64,000 nucleotides of DNA from an uncultured Collinsella sp. (GTDB taxonomy: Bacteria; Actinomycetota; Coriobacteriia; Coriobacteriales; Coriobacteriaceae): positions 20,465 to 84,464 of the forward strand of contig CATWBG010000005.1 of NCBI GenBank assembly GCA_958348985.1. Reading direction: 5' to 3'. Made by a program: the position numbers and the translations under genes. Position 1 is the stretch's first letter; each line of letters opens with the position of its first letter. The notes beneath the pieces were generated by a model. The model was not told where the DNA came from. It did no database searches and saw only the letters and a list, made by a program, of their open reading frames with translations. Below are positions 29,124-41,190 of this stretch, in pieces.

Positions 29124-30263
29124 ATGGAACTTGATCGCAAGGAGCTCAGACGCCTGCGCGAGCGACACCATCGACGTCACGGAATTCACCCTTGGCACAG
29201 CAAGGCCGGCATGCGCACGAGGCGCTTTCTCAAGCGTGCCTTTAACATCCGCCAAGGCAGAGCACCCTATAACGCAATTCGCAAGCGCTTTATTAACGGC
29301 TCTCGTCTTGACGGGACGCACCTGTGCATCCTGATCGTCGCCATGCTCATCGCGAGCATCGGCCTCGACATCAACTCCGACATCGCCATCATCGGAGCCA
29401 TGCTCATATGCCCTCTGATGGGTTCGGTTTTGGCTATCGCTTTCGGCATCGCGACCCTTGACCGAAGCGTCACACGCGACGCCCTAACGGGCCTTTTGCT
29501 GCAGATGGCATTTTGTCTTGCAACATCGACGCTCTACTTCAAGCTCTCGCCCATCTCCACCGTCACACCCGCGCTGGTAGACAACTCATCGCCCAATATC
29601 TGGGACCTCGCTGTGGCGCTTGCAGGCGGCTTTGCAGGAGGCCTTGGCAACTCACGCGAGCAGGAGCCCTCAACGCTCATCGCGGGCGTAGCCGTCGCCA
29701 CGGCCCTCATGCCTCCACTGTGCGCCGCAGGCTACGGCATCGCGGCCTGGGAGCCGTCGCTATTCCTCTCTGCTCTTTATGAATTTGGCATCAACGTGGT
29801 ATTCATCGCGCTTGGCACCGAGGCAGTGCTGCTGATGCTGCACATCCCCCTTAAGCGCGACCTCAACGACGACGGCATCGTCACCGACGAGGAAAGCGCG
29901 ATTGCAGACAAGCTCTCGCACATCGTCCGCCGGCGCATCATCATCGGCACGGCGATCTTTGCCATCCCTTGCCTCGTTTTGACGGCAAGCTCCATCGACT
30001 CGGCCGAATCGGGCATCACAGACGCCTATGGTGTAGCAGAAACCACACGCGAGCTCGTCGCCGTGGTGCCGGGGTTTGAGGACTATGCGGTAGGCGTCGA
30101 GACCTCCCTTGCAAAGGGTTCCGCGCAGGAAAGCGCCAAGCGCGAGGTTGTCGCGCGCGTCACCACCAAGACGAAGCTCGACAGTCGCGACCGCGAGACG
30201 GCAAAGAGGCTCATCTCCCTCAACGTCCCCGAACTCGACCGTGTGGAATTCGCTACAGAATAA
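29124..30263 (+). CDS. DUF389 family membrane protein
   Basis: IIGAMLICPLMG and GVAVATALMPPLC motifs. Confidence 0.88.
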   Translation: MELDRKELRRLRERHHRRHGIHPWHSKAGMRTRRFLKRAFNIRQGRAPYNAIRKRFINGSRLDGTHLCILIVAMLIASIGLDINSDIAIIGAMLICPLMGSVLAIAFGIATLDRSVTRDALTGLLLQMAFCLATSTLYFKLSPISTVTPALVDNSSPNIWDLAVALAGGFAGGLGNSREQEPSTLIAGVAVATALMPPLCAAGYGIAAWEPSLFLSALYEFGINVVFIALGTEAVLLMLHIPLKRDLNDDGIVTDEESAIADKLSHIVRRRIIIGTAIFAIPCLVLTASSIDSAESGITDAYGVAETTRELVAVVPGFEDYAVGVETSLAKGSAQESAKREVVARVTTKTKLDSRDRETAKRLISLNVPELDRVEFATE

Positions 30264-30442
30264 CGTTGACGTGCAGGAACAAGCCGGAAGACCCGACCCT
30301 TGCCCGGTCAAGTCCCGCGTGCGGCGACGGCGTGCCGGCGCTTCCCACACGTGCGGGCTCTCCGAAAAGGACCATGCTCCAAGATGCTACGCACCTAAGA
30401 CCACGGCCCGTTCAAAACCACTCGATAAAAAGACGTATGCCC

Positions 30443-31570
30443 TTATGCAAACACAATCAAATTATCGCGATGGATGGCAGGCTTTCCCGCCAACTGCGCC
30501 AGAAGACGGTTTGACTCGATATCCTCTTGCCGGCGCCCCGCAGCAAGCTCAAGCGTATCGGAATCTGCCTCGGCGATACCCCGGGCAACAACCATACCGT
30601 TCGCGTCCTTGACATCCAAAATGTCTCCCGCAACAAAGGACCCCTGGACCCCGCGGATGCCTACGGCAAGCAAGGAGGAGCCGTTATCGGTAAGGGCATG
30701 CGCTGCGCCGTCGTCCACCGTCACGGAGCCGTGAGCTTGGTCGCCCAGGGCAATCCACAGCTTGCGCGGCGCGATGTCCAAATGTTTGACCGGGGGTGCA
30801 AACAACGTGCCCACGCTTTCACCGCGCGCGATACGGACCAAGGCGTCCGGCTCGGAACCGGAGCAGATGACGCTTTCGATACCCGCCGTCATAAGGATGC
30901 GACTCGCGCGGATCTTCGTGATCATGCCGCCAGTACCCACCGAGGTAGAAGAATCGCCCGCAGAGCCGATAATGGACGCATCGATCTTGTCCACGCGCGG
31001 GATAAAGCGCGCATTGGGGTCGAGCGCGGGATTGGCCGTGTAGAGGCCGTCGATATCGGAAAGGGTGACGCACATGTCGGCCGAGACCAGACAGCTTACA
31101 AGCGCCGCCAGGGTATCGTTGTCCCCAAACTTAATCTCGGCCACGCTCACGGTGTCGTTCTCGTTTACGACGGGCACCACGCCAAGCTCGACCAGGCGCA
31201 GCAGGGCATCGCGTGCATGCAGGTAGGAAGAGCGGCGGGCGGTATCGTGGCGTGTGAGCAACACGAGCGAGGTCAAGATGTCATGGGCATGGAACTCCTC
31301 GTCGTAGACCGCGCTCAAAATACACTGGCCGGCAGAAGCGCACGCTTGCAAACTTGGCAGGTCGCCCTTGGGCTTGGCAGCAAACCCCAAGATGGGATAG
31401 CCGCACGCCATGGCGCCCGAGCTCACCACCACCAGGTTCCATCCCAGGCGGCGCAGCTCCGCCGCCTGACGTGCCAGATTGGATATGAACGCGCGGTCGA
31501 TACGGCCGTCTTCCCCCACTATCGTGGAGGAGCCGATCTTCACGACCATCGTCTTAGCATCGTTTGCCAT
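30443..31570 (-). CDS. proB: Glutamate 5-kinase
   Basis: VVKIGSS, NENDTV, FGDNDTLAA, GTGGMITK, C-terminal PUA domain. Confidence 0.97.
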   Translation of the reverse strand: MANDAKTMVVKIGSSTIVGEDGRIDRAFISNLARQAAELRRLGWNLVVVSSGAMACGYPILGFAAKPKGDLPSLQACASAGQCILSAVYDEEFHAHDILTSLVLLTRHDTARRSSYLHARDALLRLVELGVVPVVNENDTVSVAEIKFGDNDTLAALVSCLVSADMCVTLSDIDGLYTANPALDPNARFIPRVDKIDASIIGSAGDSSTSVGTGGMITKIRASRILMTAGIESVICSGSEPDALVRIARGESVGTLFAPPVKHLDIAPRKLWIALGDQAHGSVTVDDGAAHALTDNGSSLLAVGIRGVQGSFVAGDILDVKDANGMVVARGIAEADSDTLELAAGRRQEDIESNRLLAQLAGKPAIHRDNLIVFA

Positions 31571-31573
31571 GCT

Positions 31574-33088
<1,515 letters not shown>

Positions 33089-33127
33089 GATATCTCCAAT
33101 GACAGGGGTTAATGAAACAGGTCGCTC

Positions 33128-33526
33128 CTAGTGGAGGAACATCCAGACGGCGCCGACCACGACAAAAAGCAGGGCCAGGCCGACAATGAGCTTTTGGGCC
33201 GGTGGCATACCGGGAATATCTTCGTCATCGTTGGTGTTGCCCAGCACCATCTTCTGGCCAAAGGTGAGGTGATCGGGATCAACAACGGGTTTCTTCTGGG
33301 TAGATGCAGGGCAAAGCGTCGCCTTTGTGGGCGCTACCTGCACGGGGCGCTCAGGCCCCTGGGTCTTGGCCGCATCGGCACGCTGCCGCTCGGCACGCAG
33401 AGCCTCAAGCTCGGCGCGCTCCTGGCGTGCACGCTCTTCCTCCTCGCGGCGGGCCTTCTCGGCACGCAGAGCCTCAAGCTCGGCGCGTTCATCATCGCTT
33501 AAGGGCGATGCTTCGGTATCGGTCAT
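33128..33526 (-). CDS. Small tail-anchored protein with duplicated RAELEALRAE
   Basis: 132 aa; C-terminal TM helix; perfect 30-bp direct repeat 33389-33418 / 33458-33487. Confidence 0.8.
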   Translation of the reverse strand: MTDTEASPLSDDERAELEALRAEKARREEEERARQERAELEALRAERQRADAAKTQGPERPVQVAPTKATLCPASTQKKPVVDPDHLTFGQKMVLGNTNDDEDIPGMPPAQKLIVGLALLFVVVGAVWMFLH

Positions 33527-33664
33527 GAGAGCACCTCGTTTTCAACGTTTCGCAGGACAGCACATCCGTGCGAAGCGGTTCGCATTGGCTTGCAGTATAC
33601 CCGTATTATCTAACGCGACGGCCCCGCGACCGCAGCTTTAGCGCACCATCAACATCCATGATGT

Positions 33665-34606
33665 TTAGGCGTCGGCGGCACGCAGCACACCGGTGGTGTC
33701 GAAAGCCGGTGTAAAGCTCCCGTCGACAGCACCGCCCTCCTGCCAAAACAAAGTGGTAAAGCCTAAATCGTCGGCATGGTCGAGCACGTGCTCATATTCC
33801 TCGTCGGTCACGGCGCGTGCAAGGTTGCCGCCCGCGACGCGCATGGCATCATTGGGCGTGTACTGATTCATCACCGAAATAGGCACATCTCCCGCAACGT
33901 CCCACACCGCATCGAGCACGCGGCACGAATCGTCCGCATGGCCCGGCAAGACCAGGTGACGTACGATCAAACCCCGCAGCATCGTGCCGCGGTCATCGTA
34001 TTCGATACCGCCGCGGCGGCGGATCTCGCAGCACATCTGCGCCAAGCCGCGACGTGCGACATCCGGGTAGTCGCGCACGTTTGACAGCTTGGCAGCAAGA
34101 TCGGGCGAAGCGTACTTGTAGTCGGTAAGCCACACGTCAACCAAATCGCCCAGGTCGCGCACAGCCCGCTCGAGCTCGTAGCCACTCGTGTTGTAGACGA
34201 TGGGGATAGAAAGCCCCTCCTCGCGAGCGCGCCCGATAGCCCAAGGGAGCAGATGGGCATAGTGCGTCGCCGTGACGAGATTGATATTGAGGGCGCCTTG
34301 GTCCTGGAGCTCCAGCATGATTTGCACCAAACGCTCCGGCTCGATCTTGAGGCCGAAGTTCCCCGTCGAAATCTCATGGTTTTGGCAAAAGACGCATTTA
34401 AGGGAGCATCCGCTAAAGAAAATGGTACCCGATCCCGCCTCGCCGGAAATGGGCGGCTCTTCCCACATATGCAAAGCGGCGCGAGCCACACGCAGGGTGT
34501 CATCGGCGCCGCAAATGCCAGTCGCGCCCGCGGCGCGATCGGCACGGCAAAGCCTGGGGCACAGCGCACAAGACGCAGGGGCCATCGGTGCGGATTGAGT
34601 GGTCAA
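33665..34606 (-). CDS. Radical SAM protein (PflX-like)
   Basis: CALCPRLC, HMWEEPPISG, CSLKCVFCQN, IVRHLVLPG. Confidence 0.92.
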   Translation of the reverse strand: MTTQSAPMAPASCALCPRLCRADRAAGATGICGADDTLRVARAALHMWEEPPISGEAGSGTIFFSGCSLKCVFCQNHEISTGNFGLKIEPERLVQIMLELQDQGALNINLVTATHYAHLLPWAIGRAREEGLSIPIVYNTSGYELERAVRDLGDLVDVWLTDYKYASPDLAAKLSNVRDYPDVARRGLAQMCCEIRRRGGIEYDDRGTMLRGLIVRHLVLPGHADDSCRVLDAVWDVAGDVPISVMNQYTPNDAMRVAGGNLARAVTDEEYEHVLDHADDLGFTTLFWQEGGAVDGSFTPAFDTTGVLRAADA

Positions 34607-34771
34607 AACAACGCCTCCATATGAAAAACGCCGCTTGTACCTGCGGCGTCTTCATGATTCTATTAACTATCTCCATGTTGGAAACAACATCGAGACCTGT
34701 TTTTTATCTTGTGACATAGATTGTTATAAGTCAAGACTGGTATTGGATATGTGGTGCCCTATGATGAAGGT

Positions 34772-34940
34772 GTTCCGCCCCACGCGAAGCAACTGGGTGA
34801 ACCGTCGAGTTTATTTAGGGAGCCCACACAGTCGTTTCTGGTACAGGTATCCTTCGTTGTTAAGGACGCTGGAGAGAGCGATGAGGGCACCCACCTTGTT
34901 GAGGTGGGTTCATTTTCGTGACGCGTGGGGTGGCTCTTTT
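34772..34940 (+). ncRNA. ssrS: 6S RNA-like structured RNA
   Basis: Closing stem ccgccccacgcg/cgcgtggggtgg; tgaacc/ggttca; GGGAGC and GGGCACCCACC..GGTTCA motifs typical of Firmicute-type 6S; TATGAT at 34760-34765; 3' T run. Confidence 0.72.
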
Positions 34941-34952
34941 TGTGTGTCTTAG

Positions 34953-34980
34953 TTGACAGCATTCATCGTCTTGCTATCAT
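34953..34980 (+). promoter_or_regulatory. Sigma70-type promoter for the tRNA
   Basis: TTGACA-16-TATCAT with TG extension. Confidence 0.7.
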
Positions 34981-34993
34981 AGACACTTGTCTT

Positions 34994-35066
34994 GGGGACG
35001 TAGCTCAGTTGGGAGAGCGCTGCCGTCGCATGGCAGAGGCCGAGGGTTCGACTCCCTTCGTCTCCA
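34994..35066 (+). tRNA. tRNA-Ala (anticodon CGC); CCA not fully encoded
   Basis: Cloverleaf GGGGACG/CGTCTCC with G3-U70; anticodon arm CTGCC-GTCGCAT-GGCAG; T-loop TTCGACT. Confidence 0.96.
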
Positions 35067-35078
35067 CCCTGACGTTTC

Positions 35079-35106
35079 AAGCTCCAACCTTGTTGGGGCT
35101 TTTTTA
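35079..35106 (+). terminator. Intrinsic terminator after the tRNA
   Basis: aagctccaac-ctt-gttggggctt followed by a T run. Confidence 0.8.
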
Positions 35107-35135
35107 TTAGTCCTCGGCATCGTGCTCGGAGCATC

Positions 35136-36104
35136 ATGGCAGCCATGGCATTCGAATTACTTGTTTCCCTGGCGTGCATTATCGCCTATGCGATTTATCG
35201 CAGGCGACACCCCGGCTCCTTTACCTGCGTGATCCCCCTTATGACCGCAACAACATGGGTGCTTGAGCGCGCATGCGTGCAGACAGCGCAGGCTCCCCGC
35301 CTGGGTGCTGCCATCGTAGTCATCACGATTTGCTGGTGGTGCGCAGGGTCGCTTGCCCTCCATATTTGCACATCGATGCGCACCCGCGGCCCCTCTTTAA
35401 TCGCTTGCCTGGGATGTGTCCTTGCGCTTTGTATTGTTGCCTGCGCCCTCGCCTTGCCCGTCGCGATGGGTGCAAAATGGCACGGAGCAGCTCTTTTCTG
35501 CGCGAACGCACTGCACGCGTGCGGCCTTTGGTTCTCGCTGAGCATCGCCGCACTCGATCGGTACGCTCATACGCATCAATGTAACCCAAAAGATTATGTA
35601 GATGCCATCATCGTGCCCGGCGCAGCGCTTAGGGGCAGTCGCCCCTCCCCGTTTCTCACCTCGCGTCTCGAGCGAGCACTCGAGCTGTGGCGCGAACAGG
35701 GGTGTTGTGCGCATATCGTAGTTTCGGGCGGGCAGGGCGCGGACGAATGCGTAAGCGAGGCTAGCGCCATGCATCGGTATCTCGCAGAGCGAGGCGTGCC
35801 AGATGGGCTCATCATCGACGAAAGCCATTCCACTACGACCAAGGAAAACATGCGTTATTCTCGCCAACTCATCGAGGAACACCTGGGTGCTAGGACGCGC
35901 GTTGCCGTGGTATCAACCGACTACCATCTCCCGCGCTGCGCGATGTTTGCCGCATCGGAGGGCCTCGATGCCGTGAGCGTGGGTGCCTCGAGCGCGCATC
36001 GAGCATGGTCGCGCGGCTATATCCGCGAAGCCGCCGCCCTCACGCGCGCGATTCTCCCCACGTATGGCATCCCGATACTCATCGCCCTCGTCTGTATGCC
36101 ATAG
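35136..36104 (+). CDS. YdcF/DUF218 (ElyC/SanA-like) membrane protein
   Basis: N-terminal TM helices; IIVPG, RLERA, VSGGQG.DE..SEA, STTTKEN, DYHLPR, RE. Confidence 0.88.
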   Translation: MAAMAFELLVSLACIIAYAIYRRRHPGSFTCVIPLMTATTWVLERACVQTAQAPRLGAAIVVITICWWCAGSLALHICTSMRTRGPSLIACLGCVLALCIVACALALPVAMGAKWHGAALFCANALHACGLWFSLSIAALDRYAHTHQCNPKDYVDAIIVPGAALRGSRPSPFLTSRLERALELWREQGCCAHIVVSGGQGADECVSEASAMHRYLAERGVPDGLIIDESHSTTTKENMRYSRQLIEEHLGARTRVAVVSTDYHLPRCAMFAASEGLDAVSVGASSAHRAWSRGYIREAAALTRAILPTYGIPILIALVCMP

Positions 36105-36172
36105 GACCCCGCAACGGATTGAGATATAGAAAAAAGCGCGGTGCCCAAGAGCACCGCGCCCAGAACAGCTAT

Positions 36173-38149
36173 CTACGAGCGTTTTCCGCCGCGATCACCC
36201 ACGCGACGTCCGCCGCGCTTGCCGCCGCCGTAGCTGCCACGATTATCGCGGCCGCCACTGCGACCGGAGCGCGCGCCGGCACCGTAGCCACCGCGACCGC
36301 CACGACCGCCGCGGCCATACTCGCCCTCGTCATAGTTGCGCCAGGTATCGTGCTTGGCGCGAGCGTTAAAGCGAACCTCTTCGCCGTTGCGCGTACGCGC
36401 ATCGACCTCGGAGCCGTGACGACCGCGGGCAGAAAGCGCCGCACCGCTACGACCACGCTTGGCAGCGCCGCCGCGAGAGGCTTTTTTCTCGCGATCAAAG
36501 CGTGCCTCCTCGCCGTGCTGAGCCTTGCCCTCGCTCTTGTCCGCGCGCTCAAAGGCCGGTTTGCGAGACCCACGGCGAGAACGGTCGGACTCGCGACGGC
36601 GGTCGCGGCGATCAAACTCACGCTCGCGGCCGGCGAACTTCGCAGCACGACGCTCGGCGCGGTTGCCGCCCACCTCAAGCGTCTCGGCCTTAGGCGCGGT
36701 CTCGGCCTCCACAGCCCCCGTAGCCTCTTCGGCGCGTACGCGCGCTTTGCCGGCGCGCTTAGGACGAGCGGGGCGATTTCTATCGCCGCGCTTGGTGGCA
36801 GCGCGCTTAGCAGCATTCTCGCGACGCTTTTCCTTTTGTTTGCGGCGCTTGCGCTCGTTTTTAGTCGCAGCATGATCGGCGGGCACACGATCGGGGTTGA
36901 TGCGCGGCAGGTCGGTACCAAGGGTCAAACCCGTCGCATCGTACATGTCGGCGGTCTTGCCCATCAGAGCCTCGATGTCAAAGAACTCGGCGATATCGGC
37001 CTTGGTCACGAAGGTGAGCGACCAGCCTTCCTCACCGGCACGGCCCGTACGGCCAATGCGGTGGATGTAGTCGGTAGGCTCCTCGGGAACATCGAAGTTG
37101 ATAACGTAGCGCACGTCAGAGACATCGATGCCGCGCGCAAGAACGTCGGTTGCCACAAGAACCTGGACGCGGCCATCGCGGAATGCGGCAAGGGCGCGCT
37201 GGCGCTGGCCCTGGCTGCGGTCACCATGGATGGCCTCGCACTTAAAGCCGCTGCGCGCAAGACGGCGCACGCAGGTGTCGGCGCGACGCTTGGTGCGCAC
37301 GAAGACGATCACGCGTTCGGGGCCCTCTTTCTTGAGGACCTCGGCCAAAAGGCTGTTCTTCTCGTCCATGGAGACAGGCACCACGTACTGATCGACGGTA
37401 TCTGCCGTGGAAGTGACCGGGGCGATCTCCACGCGAACGGGCTCGTGGACCAGGTCGCTGATAGCGCCCACGCGTTCCTCGTCAAGCGTAGCCGAGAACA
37501 GGAGCGTCTGGCGCTCCTCGCGGCACCTGCTCACGATGGTGCGCACCTGGGGCAAAAAGCCCATGTCAAGCATGCGGTCGGCCTCGTCCAGGACAAGCAC
37601 GCCCACCTCGTCGAGGTTGGCGGCGCCCTGTTCAATAAGATCCACCAGGCGCCCCGGCGTCGCCACCAGGATGTCGCAACCGCGAGCAAGGGCCTGCTTT
37701 TGCGGACCGTAGCTCAAGCCGCCCACGACGGTCACAGCCGTATGGCCCGTGCGCTTGGCGACGGTGGTGCAAACCTCGTCGATCTGCTGGGCGAGCTCGC
37801 GCGTAGGAGTGATGACGAGCATCAGCGGGCCGCGTCCGCGCGCGGCGTTGCGACGACGACGGCCGCGATCGCCTTTCTTTGCAGGAGGCACCACATGGCC
37901 CAGCTTGGACATAGTAGGGAGCAGGAAGGCCGCCGTCTTGCCGGTGCCCGTCTGTGCCGCGGCCAAGATGTCGCGGCCAGCAAGAACCTCGGGGATAGAG
38001 GCCGCCTGCACGGGTGTGGGGGTTTCGTAGCCCATGTCGACGACGGCTTGCATCACGGCATCGGAAAGGCCCAGGTCGGCAAAGCGGACCGTCGTCTCTT
38101 CCTCGGCGGACAGGTTCTCGTTCGTTTCTTCAACGATGGTAGAAGGCAT
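36173..38149 (-). CDS. DEAD-box RNA helicase with R/G-rich tail
   Basis: AQTGTGKT, PTRELA, DEAD, SAT, HRIGRTGRAG. Confidence 0.97.
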   Translation of the reverse strand: MPSTIVEETNENLSAEEETTVRFADLGLSDAVMQAVVDMGYETPTPVQAASIPEVLAGRDILAAAQTGTGKTAAFLLPTMSKLGHVVPPAKKGDRGRRRRNAARGRGPLMLVITPTRELAQQIDEVCTTVAKRTGHTAVTVVGGLSYGPQKQALARGCDILVATPGRLVDLIEQGAANLDEVGVLVLDEADRMLDMGFLPQVRTIVSRCREERQTLLFSATLDEERVGAISDLVHEPVRVEIAPVTSTADTVDQYVVPVSMDEKNSLLAEVLKKEGPERVIVFVRTKRRADTCVRRLARSGFKCEAIHGDRSQGQRQRALAAFRDGRVQVLVATDVLARGIDVSDVRYVINFDVPEEPTDYIHRIGRTGRAGEEGWSLTFVTKADIAEFFDIEALMGKTADMYDATGLTLGTDLPRINPDRVPADHAATKNERKRRKQKEKRRENAAKRAATKRGDRNRPARPKRAGKARVRAEEATGAVEAETAPKAETLEVGGNRAERRAAKFAGREREFDRRDRRRESDRSRRGSRKPAFERADKSEGKAQHGEEARFDREKKASRGGAAKRGRSGAALSARGRHGSEVDARTRNGEEVRFNARAKHDTWRNYDEGEYGRGGRGGRGGYGAGARSGRSGGRDNRGSYGGGKRGGRRVGDRGGKRS

Positions 38150-38484
38150 GAAGATATATCCGTTCTCTCACGGCGCGCGCAAACATAAGCCGGTTTGCGA
38201 CCGCGCTCGTGGGTGTTGATATGGATTGCAATGACACCATGCGAAAAGGATGGATTCGCATGGGGCGAATCGCCCACGCACGATAAGCGAGTGGAATAAC
38301 AGCGTGCGCTCATGGACGATGGAGCAGGTTTCGCCAACAGAGAAGTATAAATGGCGCCTGCGACATGCCGCACGGCTTTCACGTGTCCACACCCGAATCC
38401 CATGTTTTCGGCAGGCGGATGAGCACGAGGCGGCAAACGGTGCTAACGCGGAGAATACATGCAACCGAATTTGGCTTTCACCCG

Positions 38485-38513
38485 TTGACACCCCCGGGGG
38501 GTGTGGGTATGGT
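38485..38513 (+). promoter_or_regulatory. cop promoter with CsoR-type C/G-tract operator
   Basis: TTGACA-17-TATGGT enclosing the palindrome acacccccggggggtgt. Confidence 0.75.
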
Positions 38514-38599
38514 TAACCTATCAAGAGGGGCCAACCTCGGATGCAGCTGTCTTCGTCTGGAGACACACGCATGCAGTAATAGAAAGGAAGCCGTCGCCC

Positions 38600-40927
38600 A
38601 TGGCTCACCAGAAATTCGATGTAGGAGGCATGACGTGTGCTGCGTGCCAGGCGCACGTGGAGCGCGCCGTGGAAAACGTTCCCGGTGTGTCGAGCGTTTC
38701 GGTCAATTTACTCTCGGGTTCGATGGCCGTCGATTACAACGACGCCGCCTGCGACGCAGACACCATATGCAGCGCCGTCGATCGCGCCGGCTACAGCGCG
38801 GCGCCGATAGCTGCCGCGGGCACCGGCTCTGTTGGAACCTCTGCCTCCGCAGGCGCAACGGCTATGGAATCCCCTACCAAAAAGCTCGAAGCGGCGGCCC
38901 ACACCATGAAGACGCGCCTGATCGCCTCCATCGTCTTTCTCATCCCGCTGTTCTACTTAGGCATGGGTCACATGCTCGGCTGGCCACTGCCCGCAGTGTT
39001 TGCCGACCACGCGCACTCCATGACGCTCGCCCTCACCGAGCTCATGCTCCTGCTCCCCATCCTCTATATGAACCGCACCTACTTTATCAACGGTTTCAAG
39101 TCCCTTGCGCACCGCGCCCCCACCATGGACGCACTTATCGCCATCGGCGCCACGGCGAGCGTGGCTTGGTCGGTCTACGCGCTCTTTGTCATGGCCGACC
39201 AACTCGCCCGCGCCCAGGTGCACATGGCCATGATGACTGCCATGGACAACCTGTACTTCGAAAGCGCAGGCACCATCCTCACGCTTGTCACCGTAGGCAA
39301 GTACTTGGAGTGCCGAAGCAAGTCAAAGACGGGCAGCGCCATCGAGGGGCTTATCGATCTCGCCCCCAAACAGGCCCATCTTGTGAGCCCGGACGGCAGC
39401 GAGAGCATCGTCGACGCCACGCTCGTCCAGGTGGGCCAAATTCTGCGCGTCAAGCCCGGCGAATCCATCCCCGTCGACGGCGTCGTGGTCGAAGGGTCCA
39501 CCGCCGTAGATGAAAGCGCCCTCACCGGAGAGTCCATCCCGCAGGAAAAAACTGTGGGTGACACCGTATATGCCGCCACCATCAACCGCACGGGCTCGCT
39601 TGATTTGCGCGCCACACGCGTGGGCTCGGACACCAATCTGTCAAAGATCATTCAGCTGGTCGAAGAGGCCAACGCCACGAAGGCGCCCATTGCGCGCCTG
39701 GCCGACAAAGTGGCAGGCGTCTTTGTACCCGTGGTGCTGGGTATCGCCGCCGTCACGTTTATCGTATGGCTCGCCGCGGGCGGCAGCATCACGCAGGCAC
39801 TCACCGCAAGCGTCGCCGTTCTGGTAATCAGCTGCCCCTGTGCGCTCGGCCTCGCCACACCCGTAGCCATCATGGTGGGTACCGGCCGCGGCGCCGAAAT
39901 GGGCGTGCTCTTTAAAAATGCCGAAGCGCTCGAGACGCTCCAAAAGGTTGACACCGTCGTGCTCGACAAAACCGGCACGATCACGCGCGGCAAGCCCGCC
40001 GTCGTCGACATCCTGCCTCAGGTGCGCAGTGACGGCAGCACCATGACCCAAAAGCAGCTGATGAAGCTCGCCTGTGCCCTCGAACGCGGCAGCGAGCATC
40101 CCCTGGCCGAGGCCGTCATGGACCACGCCGATAAATTGGGCATCGTCGCCCGCAGCGTCGAGGACTTCCGCGCCATCCCCGGACAAGGCGTCACGGCGCA
40201 CGAGGGACAAAATGTCATCGCCGCCGGCAACGCTCGACTCATGGACAGCCTGGACATCGCCTACAGCGACGAGACTCTTGTCGCGCTCTCCGCGCAGGGC
40301 AAAACACCGCTGCTCTTTGCCAAAAACGGTGAGCTCGTGGGCATCATCGCCGTCGCCGACGAAGTGAAGCCCACGAGCCCGGAGGCGATCAGGGCGCTCG
40401 CGAACCTGGGCATCCGCCCCGTGATGCTCACCGGCGACAACGCCGTCACCGCCCAAGCGATTGCACGCAGCGTGGGAATCGACAGTGCAGCCGTGATTGC
40501 AGGCGTCATGCCTGCCGACAAAGAGCGCCACGTGCACGAGCTGCAACGGGCCGGCCACCGCGTTGCCATGGTGGGAGACGGCATCAACGACTCCCCCGCT
40601 CTCGCCCGCGCCGATGTGGGCCTGGCCATTGGAGCCGGCGCCGATATTGCCAAAGAGGGCGCGGATGTGATTCTCATGCACAGCGACCTTGCCGACGTGG
40701 CGCGTGCCCTCGAGCTTTCGCGCGCGGTTATCCGCAATATCAAGGAAGACCTGTTTTGGGCGCTCTTTTACAACTCCCTAGGCATTCCCCTGGCGGCAGA
40801 CGTGCTCTATCCGCTTTTGGGATGGCAGCTTTCTCCCATGTTCGGCGCCGCTGCCATGAGCCTCTCGAGCGTCTGTGTGGTCGCCAACGCGCTGCGCCTG
40901 CGCCGATTTCGCTCGCGCAGTTGCTAA
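38600..40927 (+). CDS. copA: Copper-translocating P1B-1 ATPase
   Basis: GMTCAAC, TGES, CPC, DKTGT, SEHP, GDGIND, YN and MSLSS; start MAHQ after GAAAGGA. Confidence 0.95.
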   Translation: MAHQKFDVGGMTCAACQAHVERAVENVPGVSSVSVNLLSGSMAVDYNDAACDADTICSAVDRAGYSAAPIAAAGTGSVGTSASAGATAMESPTKKLEAAAHTMKTRLIASIVFLIPLFYLGMGHMLGWPLPAVFADHAHSMTLALTELMLLLPILYMNRTYFINGFKSLAHRAPTMDALIAIGATASVAWSVYALFVMADQLARAQVHMAMMTAMDNLYFESAGTILTLVTVGKYLECRSKSKTGSAIEGLIDLAPKQAHLVSPDGSESIVDATLVQVGQILRVKPGESIPVDGVVVEGSTAVDESALTGESIPQEKTVGDTVYAATINRTGSLDLRATRVGSDTNLSKIIQLVEEANATKAPIARLADKVAGVFVPVVLGIAAVTFIVWLAAGGSITQALTASVAVLVISCPCALGLATPVAIMVGTGRGAEMGVLFKNAEALETLQKVDTVVLDKTGTITRGKPAVVDILPQVRSDGSTMTQKQLMKLACALERGSEHPLAEAVMDHADKLGIVARSVEDFRAIPGQGVTAHEGQNVIAAGNARLMDSLDIAYSDETLVALSAQGKTPLLFAKNGELVGIIAVADEVKPTSPEAIRALANLGIRPVMLTGDNAVTAQAIARSVGIDSAAVIAGVMPADKERHVHELQRAGHRVAMVGDGINDSPALARADVGLAIGAGADIAKEGADVILMHSDLADVARALELSRAVIRNIKEDLFWALFYNSLGIPLAADVLYPLLGWQLSPMFGAAAMSLSSVCVVANALRLRRFRSRSC

Positions 40928-40960
40928 TATATCTGTTAGATATCTAAGAAAGGACCAACC

Positions 40961-41182
40961 ATGAAATACCAGATCAAGACTCGTGGCCTGCACTGCGGAC
41001 ATTGCGACGCCTCCGTCGAGACGGCACTGCTCAAGGTCGCCGGCGTAACCGATGCCGACGCCGACCACGAGACCAATACCGTCGAGGTCGAGTGCACGCA
41101 GGACACGACGCCCGAGTCCCTCACTGCCGCCATCGAGGGCGCAAGCGAGAACTTTGCCGTCGTCTCCATCGAGACGGCGTAG
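40961..41182 (+). CDS. copZ: Copper chaperone (HMA domain)
   Basis: GLHCGHC. Confidence 0.88.
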   Translation: MKYQIKTRGLHCGHCDASVETALLKVAGVTDADADHETNTVEVECTQDTTPESLTAAIEGASENFAVVSIETA

Positions 41183-41190
41183 GCACAGCT

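Noticed and set aside
34669..34706. Hairpin with GAAA loop and T run upstream of the 6S-like RNA
   Set aside because: Single short hairpin with no assignable transcript; insufficient evidence
34994..35110. Integrative element at tRNA-Ala
   Set aside because: No integrase and no duplicated tRNA 3' end noticed; a terminator follows directly
36005..38188. 727-aa plus-strand ORF
   Set aside because: Antisense shadow of the DEAD-box helicase, expected in high-GC3 DNA; no motifs
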